Assembly: GCA_016213555.1 (NCBI GenBank)
Contig: JACRAC010000011.1
Location: forward strand, 8,841 to 72,840
Reading direction: 5' to 3'
DNA: 64,000 bases
DNA from: Candidatus Aenigmatarchaeota archaeon
GTDB taxonomy: Archaea > Aenigmatarchaeota > Aenigmatarchaeia > GW2011-AR5 > JACRAC01
Shown: in pieces, positions 9,713-18,914 of the stretch
Numbering within the stretch: position 1 is the stretch's first letter
Layout of the letters: each line of letters begins with the position of its first letter
Program-made: the position numbers and the translations under genes
The notes under the pieces: generated by a model
What the model was told of the DNA's origin: nothing
Seen by the model: only the letters and a program-made list of their open reading frames with translations
The model's database searches: none

Positions 9713-10660
9713 ATGAAGTATACTCATGTAAGAAATATCTTTATAGTTCTTTCACTTGTTATATTGGTTGCTTTTATAGTATTGATAGATCCTGTAAAAA
9801 TAGCTGGCGTTATTGTTACAGCTAACTTGTATATACTACTATTGGCTTTAGTTCTTGCAACTGTATCTCATACGTTTCTAAAGGTTTTTAAGTGGAAAGT
9901 ACTTTTAGATAATGTACCCTATAAAGACCTTCTTCCTATACAAATGGTTGGAATGACTATTAGTAACTTCACGCCTGGAAGAATTGCAGAACCTGTTAAA
10001 AATATACTGCTTAAAATAAAAAAGAATATTCCTGTATCTGAATCCCTACAGTCTGTTATATTTGAGAGAATAATAGATATAGTTGTCTTAGTTCTTATAT
10101 CATTTATAGGTATACTAGTATTTTCTGTAGGCAGTATACAAATTCTCGCATATCTAAGCATTGGAGTATTTCTAACAATTGTTTTGCTTCTTGTGTTTAT
10201 GATTTACAAAAGATCTTTCGGTATAATTATTTTTAACTTTTTTAGAAAGTTTCCAATTGCAAATCGTCTTTCAAAAGATTTTATTGAAACTTTCTATAAA
10301 AAAAGATTTTCTAAAAAGCCTTTGATAAAATGTTTTTTGATTTCTCTGATAGTTTGGTTGTTAGAAGGTGTGGTTTTTTACTTATGCATACTGTCTTTTG
10401 GTATCACCGTATCTCCTTTGATTGCAATTGGAATTGTATCTTTGGCTATATTGATAGGTAACATAAGTTTTCTACCTGGAGGTATTGGCTCTAGTGAAAT
10501 TGTGATGATATTACTTCTAACTTTAGTAGGAGTTCCTTCTGTTACTGCTGCTGCATCCACTATTTTATTTAGAATACTTACTTTTTGGTATATGGCTTTT
10601 CTTGGATTAGGGTTTTTTGTAAAAGATTTTTCTGGAGAAAAGATAGATTTATTTAAATGA
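9713..10660 (+). CDS. Flippase-like membrane protein (lysylphosphatidylglycerol synthase TM / UPF0104 family)
   Basis: KW.VLL, TPGRIAE, ERIID, PGGIGSSE, FRILTFW. Confidence 0.85.
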   Translation: MKYTHVRNIFIVLSLVILVAFIVLIDPVKIAGVIVTANLYILLLALVLATVSHTFLKVFKWKVLLDNVPYKDLLPIQMVGMTISNFTPGRIAEPVKNILLKIKKNIPVSESLQSVIFERIIDIVVLVLISFIGILVFSVGSIQILAYLSIGVFLTIVLLLVFMIYKRSFGIIIFNFFRKFPIANRLSKDFIETFYKKRFSKKPLIKCFLISLIVWLLEGVVFYLCILSFGITVSPLIAIGIVSLAILIGNISFLPGGIGSSEIVMILLLTLVGVPSVTAAASTILFRILTFWYMAFLGLGFFVKDFSGEKIDLFK

Positions 10661-10706
10661 TTTCTATTATAGCTTTGAATATAAACTTTATTTGACATTA
10701 AAATTT

Positions 10707-13265
10707 ATGCTAATACAACTTTTAGATGTAGACTATTTTCTAAATGGAAATAAACCTGTTTTAAGAATCTTTGGGAAAACAGAAAATAATAAAACTATAT
10801 GCTGTCTTTATGATAAATTTCTTCCGTATTTTTTTGTCAGAAAAACAGAAGAGAATCTTAGAAAAATCGAGGAACTTAATTTAAACTATGCGTTAGAGAA
10901 AAAATTCCTAGCTATCGGATATTCTGAAGAACCTACAAACGTTATAAAAATTGTTTTGAATGATCCTAAATCTGTTCCGAATCTTAGAGAGATGTTTAAC
11001 GAGAGTTTTGATTCTGACATACTATTCAAATATAGATTTATGGTTGATATGGATCTCAAAGGTATGTGTTGGTATGAGTTTGAAGGGTCTCCTATAAAAA
11101 CTCATCTGTCAAAAGTTCCTACATTTGATATGAAATCTATAAAACCTGTTGATAAAAATGGGAACGCTGAGCTAAAATTTATGTGCATTGATATAGAATG
11201 TCTTCAAACAGATTTTAGCAGACAAATTGATTCTAAGAAAGATTCTATAATAATGATTTCTTTATCTTTTTTTCCTAACTATAAGAATTATGAAAAACTA
11301 GTTCTTGTAGCAAAGCCATTTTCAGGGAAAAATTCTATAGGACATGTTGATGAAAAGGAGATGCTTGAAGCTTTTTTGAAAATTATAGAAGACTACGACC
11401 CTGACGTTGTTACTGGATATAACATTATGAGTTTTGATTTGCCTCATATACTAGACAGACTTAAAAAATATGATTTATCACCTGCAATAGGAAGATCTGA
11501 CAAGATTGTTTTTTCTAGGCCTGCTCAGATTACTGGAAAATCTGATAACAAGCTTCAAGTGCAAGACATAACAATACCTGGAAGGATTGTTTTTGATTCT
11601 TATCAAATATTGAAAAGAGACGTAAATATAAGACTTCATAGATATGATCTTGGTACTGTTGTAAGGGAGTTGATAGGTGAAAAAAAGGGTGACGTAAAAT
11701 TTCAAGAGATACCTAGTCTTTGGAAAGGTGACGTTCAGAAATTAATAGACTATGCAGAAAGAGATGCTGTTATATCTCTAAAACTTGTTCTTGAGAGAAG
11801 ACTTTTAGATAAATTTATTGAAATATCAAAAATCTCAGGCGTTTTGCTACAAGATAGTTTTGGTGGTCAAACCGTGAGAATTGAGACGCTTGTTATGCAC
11901 GAATTTAAAAGACGTAACATGATTATGCCTTTGAAACCTAGTAAACAAATGTTAGACAAAAGAGCTGAAGAAAAAATAAAAGGTGCTACTGTTCTAGATC
12001 CTAAAAAAGGTCTTCACAAAACATGTACACTAGTATTAGATTTTCAGAGTCTGTATCCGTCTATAATAAAAGTTTACAATGTATCTCCTGACTCTCTTGT
12101 ATTTGGAGAAACTAGTGTAAAATGTAATACCTCACCTACAGGAGCAAAGTTTGTATCTGGCGATATCTATAACGGTGTGTTTCCTACTATAATCAGGGAG
12201 TTGGTTGATACCAGACAAAGAGTTAAAAAACTTATGAAGTTGTCTGAAGGAGAGGATAAAAGAGTTTTGGATGCAAAACAACATGCAATAAAAATTCTTG
12301 CAAACTCTATGTATGGATATTGCGGTTATATAAGGGCTAGACTTTATACACATGAAATTGCAAACAGTATAACAGCTTACGGAAGATCTAATATAGAAAA
12401 GACAAAAAATGTTGTAGAGAAGAATTTTCCTGCGGAAGTTATATATGGTGATACTGATTCACTTTTTTTAAAAACTGATATAACTGATATGGAAGTTGCT
12501 AAAGATCTTGGAGAAAGTATATCTAAATTTGCTTCTCAAGGAGAACTTGTTTTTGAGTTTGAAAAAATATATAAGTCTTTTCTGATTCTTGCAAAAAAAA
12601 GATATGCTGGTTGGAAGTTTGTAAAATCTGATAAAGGATGGGAAGAGAAAATAGAGATGAGGGGTATTGAAACTGTCAGAAGGGATTGGTGCAAGCTTGT
12701 TACAGAGACTATGAATAGTGTTATAAATATCATGCTTAAGGAAGGAGATACAAAAAAAGCTACTGACTTAGTTAAGACTATTCTTCAAGACATTTTAGAT
12801 GGTAAGGCTCCTATTGAAAAACTGATTATCATAAAAGGTATAACAAAAAGTATAGATTCTTATGATGGAACAATGCCTCATATAGAACTTGCTAAGAAAA
12901 TGAGAAATAGGAATCCTAGAGATCCGCCAAAAGTAGGCGAGAGGATGGAATACATCATAACTAGAGGAAAAGATCTTATATCTAAGAGAGCTGAGCATCC
13001 TGAGTATGTTGCAAAATATAATATTCCTATAGACTCTGAATATTATATATATAACCAGCTATTACCTCCTATTGAAAGAATTTTATCATCAGTAGGAATA
13101 GAGAGAAGTGAATTGTTTGGTGGTGGCAAGCAGGCTAATCTGATGAGTATGTTTACTAATAAAGTTTCTCCTGTTACCATATGTAGCTCTTGTGGAAAAA
13201 TACATAGAAGACCTCCACTAAGTATGGTTTGTGACTGTGGTACTTCTGTAGCTTTAAGAACCTAA
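10707..13265 (+). CDS. polB: Family B DNA polymerase with intact 3'-5' exonuclease, PIP box and C-terminal Cys4 zinc finger
   Basis: Exonuclease motifs DIEC, YNIMSFD, YAERDA; polymerase motifs DFQSLYPS, KILANSMYG, YGDTDS, KKRY; PIP-like QANLMSMF; terminal CSSC-x12-CDC. Confidence 0.96.
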   Translation: MLIQLLDVDYFLNGNKPVLRIFGKTENNKTICCLYDKFLPYFFVRKTEENLRKIEELNLNYALEKKFLAIGYSEEPTNVIKIVLNDPKSVPNLREMFNESFDSDILFKYRFMVDMDLKGMCWYEFEGSPIKTHLSKVPTFDMKSIKPVDKNGNAELKFMCIDIECLQTDFSRQIDSKKDSIIMISLSFFPNYKNYEKLVLVAKPFSGKNSIGHVDEKEMLEAFLKIIEDYDPDVVTGYNIMSFDLPHILDRLKKYDLSPAIGRSDKIVFSRPAQITGKSDNKLQVQDITIPGRIVFDSYQILKRDVNIRLHRYDLGTVVRELIGEKKGDVKFQEIPSLWKGDVQKLIDYAERDAVISLKLVLERRLLDKFIEISKISGVLLQDSFGGQTVRIETLVMHEFKRRNMIMPLKPSKQMLDKRAEEKIKGATVLDPKKGLHKTCTLVLDFQSLYPSIIKVYNVSPDSLVFGETSVKCNTSPTGAKFVSGDIYNGVFPTIIRELVDTRQRVKKLMKLSEGEDKRVLDAKQHAIKILANSMYGYCGYIRARLYTHEIANSITAYGRSNIEKTKNVVEKNFPAEVIYGDTDSLFLKTDITDMEVAKDLGESISKFASQGELVFEFEKIYKSFLILAKKRYAGWKFVKSDKGWEEKIEMRGIETVRRDWCKLVTETMNSVINIMLKEGDTKKATDLVKTILQDILDGKAPIEKLIIIKGITKSIDSYDGTMPHIELAKKMRNRNPRDPPKVGERMEYIITRGKDLISKRAEHPEYVAKYNIPIDSEYYIYNQLLPPIERILSSVGIERSELFGGGKQANLMSMFTNKVSPVTICSSCGKIHRRPPLSMVCDCGTSVALRT

Positions 13266-13328
13266 CTACTGGATTATCGTAATCTTTATATATCGGATAA
13301 ATCCACTTGTTTTTAAGATATTATTAAA

Positions 13329-13424
13329 ATGGTGACTGTTATTTCAAGAGTAACTAAGATGTTAGATGAAGAAGAGTCTGTAGAATTTACAGATCTTTCT
13401 GATGAAAATTTCTATATAGGTTAA
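13329..13424 (+). CDS. Putative 31-aa acidic microprotein ending in FYIG
   Basis: MVTVISRVTKMLDEEESVEFTDLSDENFYIG*. TTTATATA box near 13285; its stop shares TTAA with the convergent gene's stop. Confidence 0.5.
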   Translation: MVTVISRVTKMLDEEESVEFTDLSDENFYIG

Positions 13425-14605
13425 AATCCTAAAAAGAAAATAATTGTTGGTAATATAAGAACTGCCATCAACAACCCTCTTTTAACATGCTTTTCTATTA
13501 CAACAATACCTAAGCATGTACATATAGATACTATGAAAAGTCCGTATAATCCTGTAAATAAGTATATTAGGACTATAAGAAAAACCAATATTATTTTATT
13601 CATTAGATTGTAATTTACTTCTGATATCTTGTTTAACATTTTCTTTGATAAATATAGAACTATAGCTGCAGACACTGCAATAGATATTACAGAAATAGAT
13701 ATTATTAATAGAATCTCGTTAAACCCTATTGTCATTAATTCTGATGTAGCAATTGCAACACCTGATCTTGCCTTATTTATCAAAAATATTGTAGCGAAAG
13801 ATAAAATTAAGTTAGCAGTTACTATAGATCCTAAAGTTATAAGATATGATTTGTTTTTCTCTATTGTTGCTATTCCTGCTATTTCACCTGATCCTATTCC
13901 TGGTAAAACCCCTGAGAAAATTCCTCCTATAGTTCCCATGAATACTGCTTTTATTTTTATTGAAAACGGTACTTCATCTTTATAATTAATTATCTGCATC
14001 GGTATTTTTGTGTCGTTTCTTATTTTTATCAACATTGATGGAAATGCAAAAAATCCTGCAAATATTGGAAATAGAATTAATGCACTATCAATAGGTAAAC
14101 TGAATGTCAGTATTCCTATTGCACCAGCTGCTATAAAACATAATATACTTGCAATTATGTTCTCTTCTTTGTAGAACATTATACCTAGCAGAAGAATAAG
14201 AATGTATGCTATAAAGGGTCTTATAAATTCGTATACTGATGGCAGTGCAATGATTATCAGCGGTAAAAAAGCTATTAAAAATAAAATAGATCCTATACAA
14301 CCTATAATTGAAAGTTTTATTGCCTCGTATCCTCTTCCTTCCATGAGAAGCATTTGGGCTGGATGTATTCCTACAGATGATTCTGAATCAGATGCTCCAA
14401 ATATTAAAGACGGTATAATGTCTGCAATAATATTTGATACAGCCATAGAAACTACAAATGTTAGTATTAAAATTGGTTCAGTAGTCAAAACTACCAATAA
14501 TGGGATAAACAATATTATTGTATTTGGATGTATTCCAGGAATAAACCCTACTAACAATCCTATTGATAGACCGAATAGAAGAAATATTAATATCTCCAAA
14601 AACAT
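13421..14605 (-). CDS. TctA/DUF112 family membrane protein (tripartite tricarboxylate transporter permease-like)
   Basis: GFIPGIHPN, IPSLIFGA, HPAQMLLMEGRGYEA, LPGIG, ARSG. Confidence 0.85.
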   Translation of the reverse strand: MFLEILIFLLFGLSIGLLVGFIPGIHPNTIILFIPLLVVLTTEPILILTFVVSMAVSNIIADIIPSLIFGASDSESSVGIHPAQMLLMEGRGYEAIKLSIIGCIGSILFLIAFLPLIIIALPSVYEFIRPFIAYILILLLGIMFYKEENIIASILCFIAAGAIGILTFSLPIDSALILFPIFAGFFAFPSMLIKIRNDTKIPMQIINYKDEVPFSIKIKAVFMGTIGGIFSGVLPGIGSGEIAGIATIEKNKSYLITLGSIVTANLILSFATIFLINKARSGVAIATSELMTIGFNEILLIISISVISIAVSAAIVLYLSKKMLNKISEVNYNLMNKIILVFLIVLIYLFTGLYGLFIVSICTCLGIVVIEKHVKRGLLMAVLILPTIIFFLGF

Positions 14606-14642
14606 AATTAATTATTAATTTTATAGAATTTATGGTGATATT

Positions 14643-14852
14643 ATGTTCTTTGGTAGCAAGTATGATCCTGATAAAATTAAGGAGATGTTGGAGAAATTTG
14701 GAATAAAATCTGAAAAACTAAAAGTAACAGAAGTTACTATGAAGGTGGGTAAAAGGGTTTTAGTAATTAAAAATCCTGACGTTCTGTTAACACATGTAAT
14801 GGATAGAGATGTCTATCAAATTTCTGAAAGACCTAAAAAAGGTAAGAAATGA
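14643..14852 (+). CDS. Nascent polypeptide-associated complex (NAC) domain protein lacking the UBA domain
   Basis: DPDKIKEMLEKFGI, VTEVTMK, VIKNPDV, VYQIS match the archaeal NAC beta-barrel domain; the protein ends immediately afterwards. Confidence 0.7.
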   Translation: MFFGSKYDPDKIKEMLEKFGIKSEKLKVTEVTMKVGKRVLVIKNPDVLLTHVMDRDVYQISERPKKGKK

Positions 14853-15283
14853 TGGACCATGTAGCTATTATGAATAAAAAATGGAAGCTTATTGACAAAA
14901 TTCTTTCTGGAAAAAAGACTATTGAATCTAGATGGTATATTTCTAAAAGAGCTCCTTGGAACAGAATAAAGAGAGGGGATATTGTCTATTTCAAAGATTC
15001 TAGTTGTCCTGTTACAGCTATGGCATATGTTGAGGATGTTAAACAAGTTTCAGATTTAGATAGTGATAAAATAAAACTTATAGTTGGAGAGTACGGTGGA
15101 GAGGGAAAAATATGCTTAACCAATATTGAAAACTCTATAAAATGGGTTAGTGGAAAGCGTTATTGCGTGCTTATTTTTCTGAAAGATCCTAGAAAAGTAA
15201 AACCATTTAACATAGATAAGAAAGGGTTTGGAAATGCGTGTGCATGGATTTGTGTTAACGACGTAAGAACCTTGATTTCTTGA
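14849..15283 (+). CDS. ASCH/PUA-like domain protein
   Basis: ILSGKKTIESR (GxKxxExR), GDIVYFK. Confidence 0.75.
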   Translation: MMDHVAIMNKKWKLIDKILSGKKTIESRWYISKRAPWNRIKRGDIVYFKDSSCPVTAMAYVEDVKQVSDLDSDKIKLIVGEYGGEGKICLTNIENSIKWVSGKRYCVLIFLKDPRKVKPFNIDKKGFGNACAWICVNDVRTLIS

Positions 15284-16061
15284 CTTTGTATTCGTATGGC
15301 TTTTTCTTTGTTAACTTCAGATATACTGGGCCTATTATGAGGTATGCTAGAATTATTCCTAGCATCAAGTAAACTAGGCCTGTTAGCATCAGATACCAAG
15401 ATGAGTTTCCTATTGAGTATAGATAATACATTATTCCACAATATATGGAAGACACAAATGCTATTGAGAATATATATCGCATTCGTAAACGCATTTTTGG
15501 AAACTCTATATTAACCAACATCATGAATGAAATAAATATTATTAGCGGTAGTGCTATCAATGGTTGGAAAGAAATTACAGGTAAATTATACCCATTAAGA
15601 ACTTGCGCCTTGCCGAACAATAAAGATATTACTATAGAAAAAAACGCTGTTGCAGGAGTTGGTACACCTGAGAAATTCTTTAACAAATATCCTTTTCTTG
15701 AGAAACGGACTAAACGCATTAAACCGAATGTAAATATTAAAACAGATGATACTGTAACCAACAAACTGTATAAAGGTCCTAATTGAGGATTAAAAAAACT
15801 GTTATATATCAAAAGAGCTGGTGCAAAACAAAAAGAAACAGTGTCTGATATAGAATCTAAATAGCGGCCTTTTGTATGTTTTGATAGGTATCTTCTTGCT
15901 ATAAATCCATCTAATCTATCCATTAGAATTGATACAAATATCAGGAAAGATGCAAATAGAAAATTTCCATCAATTATATATGTAATTGCTATAAATCCTA
16001 TTATTCCATTTAGAAGAGTAAGTATATCAGCAGGCGAAATAAGTTTTATCCATTTTAGCAT
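15255..16061 (-). CDS. pssA: CDP-alcohol phosphatidyltransferase (archaetidylserine/phosphatidylserine synthase)
   Basis: DRLDGFIAR...GRYLDSISD motif, RLVRF, FSGVPTPA; adjacent to psd. Confidence 0.85.
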   Translation of the reverse strand: MLKWIKLISPADILTLLNGIIGFIAITYIIDGNFLFASFLIFVSILMDRLDGFIARRYLSKHTKGRYLDSISDTVSFCFAPALLIYNSFFNPQLGPLYSLLVTVSSVLIFTFGLMRLVRFSRKGYLLKNFSGVPTPATAFFSIVISLLFGKAQVLNGYNLPVISFQPLIALPLIIFISFMMLVNIEFPKMRLRMRYIFSIAFVSSIYCGIMYYLYSIGNSSWYLMLTGLVYLMLGIILAYLIIGPVYLKLTKKKPYEYKVKKSRFLRR

Positions 16062-16172
16062 TCTTTATAATCACCAAAATACTTTTGTTCAAAACGTAGA
16101 CTCAAAAATATTCAACAAGTTAAATACAATAGCATAATTAGACTATGTAGGTTTTTAAATCACATATAGAGA

Positions 16173-16796
16173 TTATTTTATAAAGGCTACAATAGACTCT
16201 CCTGCTGTTACGTTATCTCCTACCTTTGCTACTATCCTTATTTTATTTCTTGGAAGATATATATCACATCTGGAACCAAGTTTTATGATACCTATTCTCT
16301 GGCCTTTTTCCAAATACTGATTCTTATTTACATAGCTTTCTATTCTTCTGGCTACAAAGCCGGTTATTTGAACCACATTTACAGGACCTATCTTTGTACT
16401 TAGTTTTGTCAATAAGCGTTCATTATTTTCGGCATAATCTTTGTATGCAGGTTCTTTTGAACCTGAGAAACGTTTTGTTTCAAGAACCTTACCTTTTATT
16501 GGTGAACGGTTTACGTGAACATTTTGTGGTTTCATGAAAACTGCTATTCTTGAAAAGTTTCCTATAGAATCTACTTTTATCACAGTTCCATCAGCTGCAG
16601 AAACTATAGCTTTTGGGTTTTTTGGTATAATTCTTTGAGGATCTCTAAAAAATATCATGAAGAAACATGTTATAAGTGCAAGCAAAAATGACGTTATATA
16701 TAATAAAGGGTTTTTATTGTAAAATGTTATCACTGTCGATATCAATAATAATATAAATGGTGTTGTTATCCACTTGCTGCAACCACGTGCTATCAT
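16173..16796 (-). CDS. psd: Phosphatidylserine/archaetidylserine decarboxylase proenzyme
   Basis: FFRDPQR, SAADG, HVNRSP, NER, QITGFVARRI, LGSR self-cleavage site. Confidence 0.92.
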   Translation of the reverse strand: MIARGCSKWITTPFILLLISTVITFYNKNPLLYITSFLLALITCFFMIFFRDPQRIIPKNPKAIVSAADGTVIKVDSIGNFSRIAVFMKPQNVHVNRSPIKGKVLETKRFSGSKEPAYKDYAENNERLLTKLSTKIGPVNVVQITGFVARRIESYVNKNQYLEKGQRIGIIKLGSRCDIYLPRNKIRIVAKVGDNVTAGESIVAFIK

Positions 16797-16855
16797 AATT
16801 CTATTTCTGATTAAGCGTTTTAAAAGGCTTTAACATAATTTAGATTAAGATAATT

Positions 16856-17749
16856 ATGGATTCAGAAGCTAGAGAAAAGTTTATACAAGCTGGAAAAATC
16901 GCAAGCGAGGTTAGGGAATTTAGTAAAGATTGGATAAAAGATGGGATGTTACTTGTTGAGATAGCTGAAAAGCTTGAGGGTCTTATAAGAGAAAAGGGTG
17001 GTCATCCAGGGTTTCCTGTAAATCTTTCTCTAAATTCTCAGGCAGCTCATTACACACCTTCTAGAAATGATAAATCTATTTTTAATTCTAAGGATGTGTT
17101 GAAAGTTGATTTAGGTGTTCATATAGATGGTTATGTTGCAGATACTGCATATACTCTTTCGTTTGATAATAGCCATAAAAAATTATTAGATGCTAGCAAA
17201 GAAGCTTTGAGAGCTGCTATAGAGCTTTGCAAACCTGGTCAAAAACTTTCTAACATCTCTGCTACAATAGAAGATACTATAAAACATTATGGCTACAAAC
17301 CTGTTGCTAATCTTTCTGGTCACGGTGTTGGTAGATATGTTCTTCATTCAGATCCTCAAATTCCTAATGTAAGATTTAGAAGCAATTACAAACTTGAAGA
17401 AGACGAAATTATAGCCATAGAGCCTTTTGCTACAGATGGCAATGGCGCTATAAAAGACGCTGAAGAGTGTTTAATATTTAGGTTTAAGGATTTGAGAACG
17501 ACAAGAAATCCAGAAGGGCGAAAAATAATAGACTTTGTTCAAAGTTATGGAGGGTTGCCTTTTGCTCAAAGATGGATTGAAACTGGTCTTAATATATCTG
17601 AGTTTAAAATAAGATTTGCAATAAGAGATCTTGTTATGAATGATATTATAAAACCTTACCCTGTTCTTATTGAAAAACCTGGGTCTTTTGTATCTCAACA
17701 TGAACATACTGTTATTGTAAAGGACGATCCTATTGTTACAACACTATAA
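16856..17749 (+). CDS. map: Methionine aminopeptidase type II
   Basis: AAHYTP, KVDLGVHIDGYVADTA, NLSGHG, AIEPF, QHEHT. Confidence 0.95.
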   Translation: MDSEAREKFIQAGKIASEVREFSKDWIKDGMLLVEIAEKLEGLIREKGGHPGFPVNLSLNSQAAHYTPSRNDKSIFNSKDVLKVDLGVHIDGYVADTAYTLSFDNSHKKLLDASKEALRAAIELCKPGQKLSNISATIEDTIKHYGYKPVANLSGHGVGRYVLHSDPQIPNVRFRSNYKLEEDEIIAIEPFATDGNGAIKDAEECLIFRFKDLRTTRNPEGRKIIDFVQSYGGLPFAQRWIETGLNISEFKIRFAIRDLVMNDIIKPYPVLIEKPGSFVSQHEHTVIVKDDPIVTTL

Positions 17750-17824
17750 TAAGTCGTTACTCTTTGTGAAATAGAAGAAGTATTTATATTTTATTTAATA
17801 AATTAACATAATCTGGGGAAATTA

Positions 17825-18376
17825 ATGATAGCAATTATAAACAACGGAAGAGGAGCTGATAAGATAGCTGCTGTTTTAAGGGGTTCTAAAATATTTTCTA
17901 CAAAAGATAAGATACCACAAGCAGATGCTTATATTCTCTCAGATGGAGATATGGATGCTAAAGCTGAGAAAGCTAATATTGATTTGATACAGAAACTGGA
18001 AGTTCCGTTGCTGTCTATAGGAATAGGCTCGATATATTTAGCAAAAGCTTATGGAGGAAAATCTAAGGAACTAAAATTAAAAGTAAATAACTTAACTGTG
18101 AAACAAAAATCTCCTTTGTTATTAGATCTTAAGAAAATGTTTTCTGTTGTGGATAGCCAAAAATATTTTATATCAGAATGTCCTGAATGTTTTGGTTCTC
18201 TTGCTTCAGCTCCTGGTTATGATTATGCAATGATGCAATTTGGAGTAAATCCTGAAATAGATGAAGAACCTCTGCCAATATTCGGTCTTCATTTCAATCC
18301 AGAAGCTGGTCTAGATGGAATAAAAATCCTAAAAAACTTCCAAAGCTTTGTAGAAGTGTGGGCAAAGTATCATTAA
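17825..18376 (+). CDS. Class I glutamine amidotransferase-fold protein, catalytically degenerate
   Basis: YILSDG, PLLSIGIG (Cys lost), AKAYGG, GLHFNPE (His lost). Confidence 0.7.
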   Translation: MIAIINNGRGADKIAAVLRGSKIFSTKDKIPQADAYILSDGDMDAKAEKANIDLIQKLEVPLLSIGIGSIYLAKAYGGKSKELKLKVNNLTVKQKSPLLLDLKKMFSVVDSQKYFISECPECFGSLASAPGYDYAMMQFGVNPEIDEEPLPIFGLHFNPEAGLDGIKILKNFQSFVEVWAKYH

Positions 18377-18392
18377 ATTTAGAATAATAACT

Positions 18393-18875
18393 CTATCCTA
18401 TATAGTCTTGATGTTCTACTTCTATAACATCTAGGGTTGTTGGGTTTCCTTGGTATCCTTCTGGATATGTTATGTATGGTAAAAACTTATTCAAGTCTTG
18501 TGCTATTTGTATTGATGGATGTTCTTCTTCAAAAACTGCTGAACATATTTGGTAAGCTAATTGTCTAACAGATTGCTCATCTAGATAACCTAAACTGTGT
18601 AGGTATTCATGTAGCAAAACTGTAAACAAGTATGGTTTTATTAATTGATTGTTAGTTTCTGTCAATCTTCTTATAGGAGTTTTATTTAGAATTATTATAT
18701 TTGATTCTACTGGATAAAATGCTTCTGTTACATCTGTCTGAGTGTTTCCTAATTCCATAAATCCTATGTCCAATCCTGCTCTACTTTCATGTAATGTAGA
18801 CGATACTGCTTCCTTTACTAGATCGAACACTTGTTTGATGTTTTTTGTTTTTTCTAATCTTTTTGAAAATTTCAT
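18393..18875 (-). CDS. Small zincin-like metalloprotease (HExxH)
   Basis: LLHEYLHSLGYLDE preceded by the AFY...IILN strands; C-terminus EHQDYIG. Confidence 0.7.
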   Translation of the reverse strand: MKFSKRLEKTKNIKQVFDLVKEAVSSTLHESRAGLDIGFMELGNTQTDVTEAFYPVESNIIILNKTPIRRLTETNNQLIKPYLFTVLLHEYLHSLGYLDEQSVRQLAYQICSAVFEEEHPSIQIAQDLNKFLPYITYPEGYQGNPTTLDVIEVEHQDYIG

Positions 18876-18914
18876 AATTAATTACCTATTTTTTATAGTA
18901 TCTTTCGCACTTAT

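Noticed and set aside
10707-11060. Loss of the PolB uracil-sensing pocket (FDSDILF versus the usual YEYDIPF)
   Set aside because: Cannot be judged by eye without a structural alignment
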